From IMG/VR virus record IMGVR_UViG_3300046519_000190, positions 32,001-96,000 of that record: a stretch of DNA of 64,000 nt; one strand, written 5' to 3'. The position numbers and the translations under genes were made by a program. This DNA comes from a virus. Below, piece after piece: positions 19,052 through 28,644 of the stretch (positions are counted from its first letter, which is position 1; every line of letters begins with the position of its first letter). Under the pieces are notes generated by a model, which was not told the origin of the DNA, ran no database searches, and saw only the letters and a program-made list of their open reading frames with translations.

Positions 19052-19594
19052 TCAACTCCTGATGATCAATTTCTCATCGGCGATCCTGGCAATACCAAGA
19101 CCTGTCACGACCGACACCCCAATACTTGCCTGCGATGCTGCTACAGACGGGCTGTGCCCTAGTTTGTCTTTCAGTTCCAGCATGTAGGTGTAGCGATCAA
19201 CTGGCCCTTTCAAGAGCAGGTCGAACAAAACAGAAACGGCGAGAGGCTTCTGATCCCGGATTGGGTTCACACCCTCGATCAACATCTTGCGAAAGTTGAC
19301 CTTCGTCCTGAGTAGGGAAGCTGCTACGCGCTGCGCGTTCTCAGGAATCATACTGATTAGTTTCTGGGCAGTCTCAGGCAAGTCAGCGTCGAATCTGGGT
19401 TGCTCTGCGAGCTTCTCAGAGCCTTTGTGAGACATCTTGAGGATTGCATCTACGCTGATGAGGGGTCGAAGCTCCTCGATGCGCTGGCGAGCTGCTGTGC
19501 GGCACTCTGACGAGTATTCGCATGCCTGGCATACGATGGACTTGACGCTGTAGGTAATGGCGTTGCCAAAGCACCCGGGTTTGTCGAATTGCAT
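19052..19594 (-). CDS. hypothetical protein with N-terminal Cys cluster
   Basis: PGCFG...CQACEYSSEC putative metal-binding motif; AGGAG RBS. Confidence 0.75.
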   Translation of the reverse strand: MQFDKPGCFGNAITYSVKSIVCQACEYSSECRTAARQRIEELRPLISVDAILKMSHKGSEKLAEQPRFDADLPETAQKLISMIPENAQRVAASLLRTKVNFRKMLIEGVNPIRDQKPLAVSVLFDLLLKGPVDRYTYMLELKDKLGHSPSVAASQASIGVSVVTGLGIARIADEKLIIRS

Positions 19595-19618
19595 CCACCG
19601 AACTCCTACGTTGAAGAC

Positions 19619-19646
19619 AAAAAAGCAGGTCACGAAGACCTGCTTT
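19619..19646 (-). terminator. Rho-independent terminator
   Basis: AAAGCAGGTC-TTCGT-GACCTGCTTT followed by T-run. Confidence 0.75.
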
Positions 19647-19663
19647 CTCAATTGCTGCCGATG

Positions 19664-20893
19664 TTACGCGAGGATACGTTTCGCGACACCCAGCGCAGCT
19701 TCTTTTTCTGCTTCTGGCAGACGGTTGCAGTAGGCATACATCGCGCCTTCTACGAAGTCCGCTTTCATCATGCCGATGCGAGCGATGTTGATGGCAACGC
19801 GAGGCCCGATGGTCAGCGAAACGATGTTCGGGAACGACTTGTGACGGATTTCGTCAGCGAACTGGCGAATACGTTTGGCGTCAGCTTCTGACAGGCCAGT
19901 CGCAGCGGCGATCATCGCGATTTCTTGCTTCTCTGGTGGGTAGTCCACCATCGCTACAACACCGAAACGCTCGATGGTCGCGGCGTCTTGGGTGATGGTT
20001 GCTTGGTACAGGCCGGATTGGTCGCCAGTACCGTTCGTGTTGCCCGTTGCTGCGAATGCGAACAGAGGGTGAGGCTTGATCACACGCAGATGTGGCGGGG
20101 CGTTTTTGATGATCAGCGGCTCGCCTTCGAGGATCGCTTGGTACGCAGACAGAACGGTTGGGCTTGAACGGTCGATTTCGTCAGCCAGGTAGGTCCAGCC
20201 GTTCTGCATGGCAGTAGGCAGTGGACCCAGCTCGAACTCAGTGACCGATACAGCAGAGCCATCCGGGTTGATGTGAGGCTTGACGACCCACTGGCCGACG
20301 ATGTGCGACTCTTCGGTGTCGACAGTGTGCTGGAAGCGGAACAGACGACGATTCAAACCGGCGCACATTTGCTTGAAGATCGAGGACTTACCAACGCCAG
20401 AGTGGCCGTACAGGAAGATCGGGGTACGCAGTTCGAGCGCCATCATCACGGTCTTGGTCAGATCGGGGTTCAGGATGTAGTTGTCGTTCCAGGCTGGGAC
20501 CATGTGCTCGTCAGTACCGCCGCGACGGGCGTCAGCAGTGCAAGGGATGCCGGTGCCAGCTTTGGTGTACGCAGACTTGGTGCTCTTCGGGAAGCGGAAG
20601 ACTTCGTGGAAGAAGACCTTCTCGACATCAGGATCGGCCGATGCAGCGGGTTTCGCGCCAGCACCAGGGTTGGCGGCGGCAACTTTAGCCTCTTCGGCTT
20701 CGCGCTTCGCTTTCATTTCGGCCATTTTCAGCTTGGCCGTTTCAGACAGCAGCTCTGCGTCTGGGAATTTGGCACGATAAGTTTCGAGGTCCATCGAAAC
20801 GGCCGAGTCCTCGCTGTGCGCAGTCTTGAGGTGGTTTGCAATGCTGTGTACTTCTTCGCCGCATACTTCGCACTTGATTTTATCGTTGCTCAC
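19664..20893 (-). CDS. MoxR/CobS-like AAA+ ATPase with N-terminal C2H2 zinc finger
   Basis: CEVC...H...H, GHSGVGKS, LADEIDR, ATGNTNG, A..ERF; GTG start with GAGAGGA RBS. Confidence 0.88.
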   Translation of the reverse strand: MSNDKIKCEVCGEEVHSIANHLKTAHSEDSAVSMDLETYRAKFPDAELLSETAKLKMAEMKAKREAEEAKVAAANPGAGAKPAASADPDVEKVFFHEVFRFPKSTKSAYTKAGTGIPCTADARRGGTDEHMVPAWNDNYILNPDLTKTVMMALELRTPIFLYGHSGVGKSSIFKQMCAGLNRRLFRFQHTVDTEESHIVGQWVVKPHINPDGSAVSVTEFELGPLPTAMQNGWTYLADEIDRSSPTVLSAYQAILEGEPLIIKNAPPHLRVIKPHPLFAFAATGNTNGTGDQSGLYQATITQDAATIERFGVVAMVDYPPEKQEIAMIAAATGLSEADAKRIRQFADEIRHKSFPNIVSLTIGPRVAINIARIGMMKADFVEGAMYAYCNRLPEAEKEAALGVAKRILA

Positions 20894-20948
20894 TGGTGAA
20901 TCCTCTCTTCGTTTAAGTTTAAGTTGTCGCGTTTGATTCAGTGAGCGC

Positions 20949-20981
20949 ATTTTGTACGCTCACTGACGGGCGTTCAATGGG
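20949..20981 (-). promoter_or_regulatory. conserved phage promoter-like element, copy 4
   Basis: CCCA-TTGAA-CGCC-N14-CAAAAT (also reads TTGAAC-17-CAAAAT); -10 in the loop of 10-bp inverted repeat 20938-20966. Confidence 0.65.
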
Positions 20982-20983
20982 GT

Positions 20984-23068
20984 TTAGCTGGCAAGCAGCG
21001 CGTCCCGGAGTTGCTTGAGGACGATGCCTGGCAGCTCTTCGACGTTATCCAGCTTGACGTTCTTGCGGTAGAAGTTCTGCACGGCGTTGGACATGATGCC
21101 GACACCGACGATGTTCGTACCGTCTTTCTCGATGCGCTTGACCACTGCTTTCAAGTGGGCGTTCAGCTTGGCACCAGGCACACCACCAGCAGGTTGACCA
21201 TCGCTGAACACGATCATCATCTTGCCTTTCTTCTTGCCCCGATTGGCATGTCGGCACAGGGACTCGTAGGCATACTGCACAGACTCGCCGTCGATGTTCG
21301 AAGCCATCGATGACTGGACGTGAGCGTAGCTCGCCATGCGCTTCTTGACTTCGATGGAGAACTTCTCTTTGAAGGTCTTGAACATCGGCAGTCGAAGTGG
21401 CTCACAGCGATCCCAGGACCGGCCGCTGTTGTGCTCTTCGCACATTTCTTTGTACAGGTCTTTCGACCGCTGAGCGTACAAGTCGCCAGTCGTGAAGCCC
21501 ATGATTTCGCAATCGACACCCAGACGACCCAGGACGTCTGCAAGCACCCACGCAGAACACATGGCTGTATGAATCTTGGCACCGCCCATCGAACCAGAGC
21601 AGTCGATCACCAGCGACACGGCTACTTCCCGGGTCTTGTGCTCGATCTTGTTCTTGTAGATGTGGTCGTCGCCGGCAGTCAGACGATACAGGTTGTTCGA
21701 CGACAGCTTGCCTTTACGCAGACCCTGTTGAGTCAGCGACTTGTTCCGGGCTGCGAACGCTCGTTCGAGGTTGCGAGACACTGGGCCGACCATGCCCATG
21801 ATGGCTTTTTCCATGTCTTCGAGCCATTTCGGGCTGTAAGATGATGGCACTTTGGGCGCTTCGAGCTGATCCCATTCGCGAGTGAAGACGGTGTAGTCTT
21901 CCTCTTCCATTTCTGTCGAACACAGATCGGTGACGTACTGGCCAAACTCAGTGCCGATATCCTGGGTTTTGTTCCAGTCGAAGTCCTTGAGGTAGTTGGC
22001 GCCACCGTATTCAGCTTGTGCGGACTCGGTGTCTTCTTGAGGGCCTTTGTTCTCTTGCTGGCTGCTGATGCCGTCACCGCCGTCGCTAGCTTCTTCCTCA
22101 CGACGCTCACCATCATTGCTGCCTTCGCCCTCATCTTCCTCGTCGGCATCGTCTTCGCCGTCTTCCTCTTCGCCGGCCCCATCTTCGGCTTCTTCATCTT
22201 CGGGAAGTTCTTCTTTGTCGCCTTTGCCGCCAGAACCTCCTTCTTCCTCTTCACCCTCTTCGTCGAGGGCACCGCCACCAGCGCCTTTGTTACCCTTCGG
22301 TGGCTTGCTGCCCTTTTTGCCACCACCTTTACCGCCCATGCCGCCCGCACCACTGCCACCACCCTTGCCCGATTTGCTCGGGTCTTCATCACCGAATGGG
22401 TTGTTGCCGTCGCCTTCTGGGGGTTCACCCATGACCACGTTGCGAATCTGCTTCGCCATGTCGTAGCAGTCAGACGCTTTGGTCATCGTCTTCATCTTGG
22501 AAGCGATTGGGTCAAGCTGCTTCTGAATGCCGGCGATCAGGGACCACTTGTCGCTCATGTAGTCCTGGAAGAACTTCTGACCACCCCAAGCACGCAATGC
22601 GGGGATCGCGAGGACTTGGAACAGCTCTTGCTCTTCGGCGCCGTTTGCGAGGGCTTCTTTCAGCTTCGGCGTGATGAACTTGTCCACGAACGTTTGGTGC
22701 ATGTTCGCGAGGTTGTGGCGAGAACCCTGGAAGTTCTTGACCATTTCCTTCTCGCAGAAGAAGGATTCGAGCGGGTTATACAGACCGCTCATATTCTCGT
22801 GAGTCGCACGCAGGTTCGATTTGCCGTCTGCGTACAGGACTTTGGAGATTTCGCTGTCGAGGAAGCCTTGAATCGCGTCGATCAGCTCTTCGCTGGCGTC
22901 GTCCGGGATCATCGGCAAGTTGACGCGCGTTGCCTTCATGGTACGTTCGTCATACTTCACGAACGCCTTTACACCCGATTGGGTGACGAGAACTTTGCCG
23001 TCAGAGAGGATTTGCGCAATCTTGGTGATTGCTTCCCTCATGATAACGACGCGTTGAGTGCGATCCAT
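20984..23068 (-). CDS. CobT-like VWA-domain protein
   Basis: MIDAS DCSGS, GFTT, NIDGES, FSDGQP; central acidic/Gly linker; paired with the AAA+ ATPase. Confidence 0.88.
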   Translation of the reverse strand: MDRTQRVVIMREAITKIAQILSDGKVLVTQSGVKAFVKYDERTMKATRVNLPMIPDDASEELIDAIQGFLDSEISKVLYADGKSNLRATHENMSGLYNPLESFFCEKEMVKNFQGSRHNLANMHQTFVDKFITPKLKEALANGAEEQELFQVLAIPALRAWGGQKFFQDYMSDKWSLIAGIQKQLDPIASKMKTMTKASDCYDMAKQIRNVVMGEPPEGDGNNPFGDEDPSKSGKGGGSGAGGMGGKGGGKKGSKPPKGNKGAGGGALDEEGEEEEGGSGGKGDKEELPEDEEAEDGAGEEEDGEDDADEEDEGEGSNDGERREEEASDGGDGISSQQENKGPQEDTESAQAEYGGANYLKDFDWNKTQDIGTEFGQYVTDLCSTEMEEEDYTVFTREWDQLEAPKVPSSYSPKWLEDMEKAIMGMVGPVSRNLERAFAARNKSLTQQGLRKGKLSSNNLYRLTAGDDHIYKNKIEHKTREVAVSLVIDCSGSMGGAKIHTAMCSAWVLADVLGRLGVDCEIMGFTTGDLYAQRSKDLYKEMCEEHNSGRSWDRCEPLRLPMFKTFKEKFSIEVKKRMASYAHVQSSMASNIDGESVQYAYESLCRHANRGKKKGKMMIVFSDGQPAGGVPGAKLNAHLKAVVKRIEKDGTNIVGVGIMSNAVQNFYRKNVKLDNVEELPGIVLKQLRDALLAS

Positions 23069-23104
23069 AGTTTCAACCTGTTTGAGTGTTTGTTTACAGA
23101 ACAG

Positions 23105-23136
23105 AGTATGCGCGAAAGAAACTGGGGACACGCGGT
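23105..23136 (-). promoter_or_regulatory. conserved phage promoter-like element, copy 5 (degenerate)
   Basis: ACCG-CGTGT-CCCC-N13-CATACT. Confidence 0.45.
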
Positions 23137-23149
23137 CCCCAGCAGGTAG

Positions 23150-23338
23150 TTATTCGAGAGGTATCACCTGCTCGACGTAGAAGGCTCGACCATTGTGAAA
23201 GTCCTCATCCATTGCATTGGCTGCAACGTGACCCATTTCGCGAGCGGCGTCTTCGTCATCGGCATAGACGCTGATGTGGCGAGTCTCTGGCGACCCTGAA
23301 CATTCGCGGATCACGATCAAGAAGTTGGTTCGGCTCAT
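23150..23338 (-). CDS. hypothetical protein
   Basis: 62 aa, ATGA overlap with the ligase gene. Confidence 0.65.
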   Translation of the reverse strand: MSRTNFLIVIRECSGSPETRHISVYADDEDAAREMGHVAANAMDEDFHNGRAFYVEQVIPLE

Positions 23339-24735
23339 GCTGGTTCCACCGCGTTGTCGAACTGTTCCACAACCTGGGCGTAAGTGTCAGCCACAGACTT
23401 GTCCAGGCGACGATCGACATAGACTGGCAGAAACAGGCTGTGCTTCTTCTTGCCGTCTTTGCTGACCATGATTTCGTTGGACTTAACGGTGATGATGGCC
23501 CCGATCCACTCTTCGCGAGCCTCGTTGATTTCACGGCGCAGTTCATCGCTGAACCCGGTGCCCACGTTGACTTCGAGCAGGCTATCAGAAGTCCGGCACA
23601 TCAGTGATCCGAAAGTCAGTTCGGTCTTGGCGCCCTCTTTGCCCTCTTCGAAGTCGAATACTTCCAGCTCGACAGGCACTTCCTGCTTGAGCTTGACCTG
23701 ATCTTTGGAAGTACCGTCCTTCCAGATCATCGTCGGCTTCTTGACGATCGTGCCTTCTTGCTTGCGACGGCGAGCAGCCATGTAGTGGTCCATCGCTTCC
23801 TGATAGCTGCGAACCACTTTCGTTTCGATGATAGCGATCAGACTATCTTCCCGCTTCGCTCTGAGCATGCCCACAGCGCTGTTGAGCATGCGCAGACGAT
23901 TCAGATAGGGGACGTTGTAGCTTCCCTTCTTCACAGCGCTGGTCAGCGGGATAACATCCCACAGAACCGCTGTCAGCGTGTAGCCGGGTTGCAGCTCGGT
24001 GCCCTGGATCAGCTTGTTGATCATGCCGTTGCCGACTTCGCGAGCCAGGATATTGCCGGCCGAGTCTTCGACAAGAAGCTCACCGTGAGTCTGTGCGCCT
24101 GCTTCGAAGTCTTCGGTCAGCAGACCTCCAAACGCGATGCGGAATTGCTCAGCCAAACGGTCGAAGCTTGGGCTGCTTGGGAACGGTTGACCCTGACGGC
24201 TGGTGAAGTTGACGAAGGTCTTGTCGATGTTGCCATCAAAGAACATGCCGTCAGCTTTGATCTGGCTGATGACACCGGTGTTGAACGGCCATTCATCCAG
24301 CTTCGAGTCTTTCGGCAGCGAGCAGCGCATGTACGGGAAACAAGGGATGAAGTCTTTCTTCACCTTGTTCACGCTGTTCTCACCGAAGCCTGCTTTCAGG
24401 TCTTTGTTCATCACGCGCCACAACAGCTCGGCCGACTTCTCGTCGAGGCGTTTGTACTCAGTTTCGATGGCTGCTTTCGCTGCATCACCGGTCAGCGTGC
24501 GATCTTGCAAGTCTTTAAGCAGAATGAACGTCGATTCGCCCCACACGAAGTTGCCAGCGAAGCCGGTGTAACGAGCGGGACGAACCCCGAACGTGACGAA
24601 AGGGTTCAGAGCCAGGCTGAGGATGGACAGAAAGTCAGCCTCAGCCATGTAGCGTGTGAGCAAAGCCTGCTTGTCGTTCTTGCCGCTGACGAAGGCGATT
24701 TCTTCGATCGCCTTCATGACGTTTCTGGAGTTCAT
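23335..24735 (-). CDS. ATP-dependent DNA ligase
   Basis: QIKADG (KxDG motif I), HGEL, LWDVI, EGTIVK, KLK, OB-fold GTGFSD, SLFLPVY..RRLDK. Confidence 0.93.
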   Translation of the reverse strand: MNSRNVMKAIEEIAFVSGKNDKQALLTRYMAEADFLSILSLALNPFVTFGVRPARYTGFAGNFVWGESTFILLKDLQDRTLTGDAAKAAIETEYKRLDEKSAELLWRVMNKDLKAGFGENSVNKVKKDFIPCFPYMRCSLPKDSKLDEWPFNTGVISQIKADGMFFDGNIDKTFVNFTSRQGQPFPSSPSFDRLAEQFRIAFGGLLTEDFEAGAQTHGELLVEDSAGNILAREVGNGMINKLIQGTELQPGYTLTAVLWDVIPLTSAVKKGSYNVPYLNRLRMLNSAVGMLRAKREDSLIAIIETKVVRSYQEAMDHYMAARRRKQEGTIVKKPTMIWKDGTSKDQVKLKQEVPVELEVFDFEEGKEGAKTELTFGSLMCRTSDSLLEVNVGTGFSDELRREINEAREEWIGAIITVKSNEIMVSKDGKKKHSLFLPVYVDRRLDKSVADTYAQVVEQFDNAVEPA

Positions 24736-25412
24736 TGCTTAGCCTTCTCTGCTGCCCGGCGCTTGATGAAGTCCGCAGTGGACTCACCTGGCAATGGGCG
24801 AAGTGGATTGATGGTTGGGACAGGTGCTTCTGGTTCTTTCCAGGTGGGCGGCGGTGCAGCTTTCTTCACTGCCGGGACACTTTTCTCCGCGCTCTCTTTC
24901 ATGAGGACGTTGACGACATCGGCCATGCCCGCTTCGACAAAGCCTGATTTCGGTTTGGGCGCTGGACGAGGTGCAGGTGGAATACGCTTCTTGGTTTCAC
25001 GCACTTCACCTGGTCCACCACCGATCGCCCAACCGCGTGCATAGCTTGGGTTGGTCATATCGTACTTGCCGCTGCTGACTGCGCCGGCCGACTTGTTGTC
25101 TTTCTCGACAGCGACCGGGTCGGTGATGTGACGTGGGCGAGGCTTGAAGTACAGCGCGTGACCTGCTGCAACCTCTTGTGCTTTGTGCTTCTTCGCAATG
25201 CAGTTGTTATGGCAGTAGGCTCGCTGGCACTCGACTGCGATACCAGACGGCAGATCGTTGTTCTCGATGCGGCGGATGGTGTGCAGGCAGACGGCATAGC
25301 TCGCATGCTGCCCACGCTCTTCACAGAAGTTATAAACCGAATTGCGGCCGGACATGCTCGCTTCGACCGGAAGTAGAACTGCTAACTCCGGGTCTTCTTT
25401 TACTTCGGACAT
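24732..25412 (-). CDS. hypothetical protein
   Basis: Cys-containing N-terminus, Pro-rich C-terminus; ATG at 25412 downstream of a promoter motif. Confidence 0.7.
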   Translation of the reverse strand: MSEVKEDPELAVLLPVEASMSGRNSVYNFCEERGQHASYAVCLHTIRRIENNDLPSGIAVECQRAYCHNNCIAKKHKAQEVAAGHALYFKPRPRHITDPVAVEKDNKSAGAVSSGKYDMTNPSYARGWAIGGGPGEVRETKKRIPPAPRPAPKPKSGFVEAGMADVVNVLMKESAEKSVPAVKKAAPPPTWKEPEAPVPTINPLRPLPGESTADFIKRRAAEKAKQ

Positions 25413-25443
25413 GGGAATGCTCTCGTTTGATTTGCACGCTTGC

Positions 25444-25475
25444 AGTGTACAAGCGCGCTTTAGGGGATGTGCGGG
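25444..25475 (-). promoter_or_regulatory. conserved phage promoter-like element, copy 6
   Basis: CCCG-CACAT-CCCC-N13-TACACT; -10 in hairpin loop 25434-25458. Confidence 0.6.
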
Positions 25476-25482
25476 CTTGCTG

Positions 25483-26262
25483 TCAGCCGAAAGCGCCCCA
25501 GCCGCTGCCGTAGACCTCTTCACGGTCGATCTTCGGTTCTGGTTCGCGAACACCATGCGGGACACTTGCAACGTCTATAAACGTGCCGTCAACCGAGTGC
25601 ATAATGCCTTCGACCACATCGGCGGTTTGCGGACTCGCGGTTTCACTGCGAGCTTGAGCGAGCAAGGCGCCTACACTGTGACCCTTGCCGTTGATGTTGC
25701 TCAAGAAGTTGCTTGTCGGCAGAAGGTTAGCAAGAGCTTTGCCCATGATGCGGCCGATCTTGTCATGACCACCCTCAACTCCATATGTCCCGGCCTGTAT
25801 GTCTGTCATAGCAAGAATGGGCAGAGCTGCGTTTTTCGTACCTTTTGAAAGTTCGACAACGAACTCATGACCAACTTGGAGAGGCACTTCACGGCCAATG
25901 TAGTTCTCAACCGTGTAGCCTTTCGAGACTGCTTTGGACTTGACAACCGAGTACCACTCTCTTTCGCTGACGCGCTTGCATTGCGCCTGGCCTTTTACCT
26001 GATCATCTTTGCCCCACCAGGTAAGGGAGAAGCCGTCAACACCAGTAGGCGTTGTCGCGATGAACATCGATCGCCACAGCTTTCCTTCCGGGTGGCGGCA
26101 CTCGATCATCGAAGCTGGGTAGGCTGAGCTTGAGCAATCGATCAGAGAGTGGACGGTTGGGTATTCATCTGGGCCGGTGTGATGTCCAGAAAGTTGCCAT
26201 CTGACTGTCTCTGAAATCAGCTTGATTCCACAATCTGCTGGGCTGTAAGGGGTGATAAGCAT
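25483..26262 (-). CDS. hypothetical protein with WGR-like domain
   Basis: K.W...WWGK....GQ...KSK..SKGY pattern; ends YGSGWGAFG. Confidence 0.6.
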   Translation of the reverse strand: MLITPYSPADCGIKLISETVRWQLSGHHTGPDEYPTVHSLIDCSSSAYPASMIECRHPEGKLWRSMFIATTPTGVDGFSLTWWGKDDQVKGQAQCKRVSEREWYSVVKSKAVSKGYTVENYIGREVPLQVGHEFVVELSKGTKNAALPILAMTDIQAGTYGVEGGHDKIGRIMGKALANLLPTSNFLSNINGKGHSVGALLAQARSETASPQTADVVEGIMHSVDGTFIDVASVPHGVREPEPKIDREEVYGSGWGAFG

Positions 26263-26287
26263 GTCGAGCGATCCTGTTTATTTCTTG

Positions 26288-27394
26288 CTATAGACTGAAT
26301 TTTGACATGATCGATACGGCATAGAGCGGGGTTAACTCTTTTGCCTGTACGAACGCCTGGCGAACGACTTCGGTATCTACTTCGTTCGGGTCTTTGTCGT
26401 TCGGGAGAATGGCCAGCTTGACCTTGAACCCATATGTGCGCAGCTTCACACCCGTCTTGACAGCGTTGAGGATTGCGCTGGGTGATCCGTCCCACATCAT
26501 GGTGATTTCTTGCAGGCCGGCTGCTTTCATCCGTTTCAGATCGGAGAGCTGGTCGTTTTCTGCGCCGGATTCAGCCATCGACAGGTGCATACCGAATGTT
26601 CCGCAGATACCCACATCCCTGAACGTGATGTCTTCGTCGAAAGCCTTCTTGATTGCAGCCACGTCGAACGCGCCCTCGCCCAGTACGACCTCTTTCAAGC
26701 CCAGTGCGTTGTGTGCGTTGTAGATGAACCGCCCTGCACCCGCGAGTCCTGGTGGGAACAGGTACTTCTGGAAAGAATTAGGCTCAGTGCTTCGACCCTG
26801 GAACGTTACAAGCTTCCCGTCGATGCCATATACAGGAATGATGACTCGGTTTTCCCAGTTCTGGGTCTTCTCTTCACCACCGAGAGTGTAAGAGTAGACC
26901 CCGTGCTTGCTGTATCGCCACCCGAAATACTCGGCAAGCTCAATACCAAATCCACGAGCCGACAGGTACTTGAGAGTCTTTCCGTTAATGGGCAGGGCGT
27001 AGCTGTCCGGGATGTTGATTTCATCGGGGTTCTCGTCTGCTGGGCGTGGAGCGCGTTTGCGGGTAGAAGACCAGCCCAGGGTCTTTGCGTAGCGCTTGAG
27101 GGCGTTGATCGTCTCACGGTGAGATTTGTCGTTGAGGTGATGGATGAAGCTGTACTTGTTGAAGCCGGGTTCGCCTGAGCATGACCCATGAAAGCAGCTA
27201 CCCAAGCCTGTATCAGCGTTCAGGTAGACCTTCCAGTCGCGACCCCCACAGCGAGGGCACTCCTTTAGGTTGAGCTGAGTACCGGATCGCCCGCGAGTGA
27301 CCCGGTAGTCGATGCTCTCCACGCTCAGGAAATCCTCCATGTCGACCATATCAATCAGGTCTTGAATCTCGGAGTCATCCTTCGCAGTGGCCAT
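26288..27394 (-). CDS. DNA primase (zinc finger + TOPRIM)
   Basis: CPRC...CFHGSC, RVIIP..FQGR, KY, EGAFD, WDG, KDPN. Confidence 0.9.
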   Translation of the reverse strand: MATAKDDSEIQDLIDMVDMEDFLSVESIDYRVTRGRSGTQLNLKECPRCGGRDWKVYLNADTGLGSCFHGSCSGEPGFNKYSFIHHLNDKSHRETINALKRYAKTLGWSSTRKRAPRPADENPDEINIPDSYALPINGKTLKYLSARGFGIELAEYFGWRYSKHGVYSYTLGGEEKTQNWENRVIIPVYGIDGKLVTFQGRSTEPNSFQKYLFPPGLAGAGRFIYNAHNALGLKEVVLGEGAFDVAAIKKAFDEDITFRDVGICGTFGMHLSMAESGAENDQLSDLKRMKAAGLQEITMMWDGSPSAILNAVKTGVKLRTYGFKVKLAILPNDKDPNEVDTEVVRQAFVQAKELTPLYAVSIMSKFSL

Positions 27395-27395
27395 T

Positions 27396-27605
27396 TTACT
27401 TGCTCAGCATTTCAGGGTGGTCGTGAAGAGTCGCCAGCATCAGGTTCATCTGGCTCATGTCCGCGATGACTTCTTCGTTCGGACCCTGCTCGGCGATCTT
27501 CTCGTCGAGGTACTTCACTGCGGCCGATTCTTCACCGAAAGCCAGACGAGCGATTTCGCGCCAGTTGCCCAAAGTCGAATCATCACCACTCCACAATTTC
27601 TTCAT
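27396..27605 (-). CDS. hypothetical protein
   Basis: 69 aa, GAGG RBS. Confidence 0.7.
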   Translation of the reverse strand: MKKLWSGDDSTLGNWREIARLAFGEESAAVKYLDEKIAEQGPNEEVIADMSQMNLMLATLHDHPEMLSK

Positions 27606-27633
27606 GTTGCACCTCTAAGTTATTGAAGTTGAA

Positions 27634-27665
27634 AGCATAACAGCCCGAAAGCGGGCTGTTATGGG
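27634..27665 (-). promoter_or_regulatory. conserved phage promoter-like element, copy 7
   Basis: CCCA-TAACA-GCCC-N13-TATGCT with TGn extension; overlaps 12-bp inverted repeat 27636-27663. Confidence 0.6.
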
Positions 27666-27680
27666 TGTCGCAAAGGTAGA

Positions 27681-27890
27681 TCAGTCTTCGTCGGCTTCGT
27701 AGAAGTCGAAGCCTACAGCGTTCAGATCCAGGTCGTCAGGAAACTCGAGGGTGCGGCTATAGCCCTCATTCATGCCGAAACTGTCGTCCTCTTCGCACAG
27801 CTTGTCCAGAAGATCGGGGTCGCGGGTGAAACGAACGGCGCTGCTGCCGTCGCCCAAGTCTTGGGTGAACAGATAAACTTTCTGGGTCAC
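27681..27890 (-). CDS. hypothetical protein
   Basis: 69 aa acidic ORF, GTGA overlap. Confidence 0.65.
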   Translation of the reverse strand: MTQKVYLFTQDLGDGSSAVRFTRDPDLLDKLCEEDDSFGMNEGYSRTLEFPDDLDLNAVGFDFYEADED

Positions 27891-28228
27891 AGGATTTTTC
27901 CTTTCAGGGATTTCACATGAGTTTTGAGGTCATCGAGCTTGTCGAGGTCAATCTCGATCAGCACGGTGGTTGTGGTCAGTGACTTGCGCCACTTGCGAAA
28001 CACGGTCTGCAAGTCACGCCCATCGTCAGTGCTAGTGGCATCGCAGATGCAGCCAGCAATGATGGTGATTTGATCGGTGTCAGCGCAGGAACCGGGTTCG
28101 AAACTGTCATCCGTTTGAGCGCCGTTGACAGTGTAGGAGTCACCTTCTACAAAGCCGTCTTTTGGCCACCAGGGTTCGCCCAGCTCCCAGAACTCTTTCA
28201 GCTCTTTGCCGTTTGTCTTAGTTGCCAT
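27887..28228 (-). CDS. hypothetical protein
   Basis: 113 aa, AAGGAG RBS, TAATG coupling. Confidence 0.7.
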   Translation of the reverse strand: MATKTNGKELKEFWELGEPWWPKDGFVEGDSYTVNGAQTDDSFEPGSCADTDQITIIAGCICDATSTDDGRDLQTVFRKWRKSLTTTTVLIEIDLDKLDDLKTHVKSLKGKIL

Positions 28229-28644
28229 TACAGCTCCTTCCTTCGCACGTCGGCTTTCTGCATTTCGATCTGGGTCCAGGTATCTGGAGTGATCGCGTTG
28301 AGACGGTACTCAGCCTCTTCCAAGCTGATCTGTCTGTGATGCGCCACGAACTCTGCCTGAGAGCTGAACACGGACTCATGATCCGCTTCCAGGCCGAGCA
28401 GTGTCGGGTGGTTCTGGTTCTCGATGTTCGCACGGAAGATTCGACTACCGGCACACTGAGGTGCTTGCAGCGCTTTCTCCTTCCAGTCGGGCGTTTCACT
28501 GGTGTAGTGACAGTGGCACGGGATGTAGAAAGGCCCGTTGGTCTGTCCCACGTACACCTCTGGAGCAGACCCTCCCAAAGCCCCTGGGGCGATATCGCGA
28601 CGGAACGCACACTCACGGCATGCTTTCTTCGGATCGCGGCTCAT
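28228..28644 (-). CDS. hypothetical Cys/His metal-binding protein
   Basis: CRECAFRRD...PG..., PCH, CAG motifs. Confidence 0.7.
   Translation of the reverse strand: MSRDPKKACRECAFRRDIAPGALGGSAPEVYVGQTNGPFYIPCHCHYTSETPDWKEKALQAPQCAGSRIFRANIENQNHPTLLGLEADHESVFSSQAEFVAHHRQISLEEAEYRLNAITPDTWTQIEMQKADVRRKEL

Noticed and set aside
19664-23068. Cobalamin biosynthesis (cobS/cobT) as auxiliary metabolism
   Set aside because: No CobN or other cob genes; the MoxR/VWA chaperone interpretation is more parsimonious
24732-25571. Extended N-termini given by the ORF track (here and for sbcC, recA, exonuclease, K, tail tube and others)
   Set aside because: They overlap upstream genes or promoters; downstream ATG/GTG starts with RBS or coupling were chosen instead
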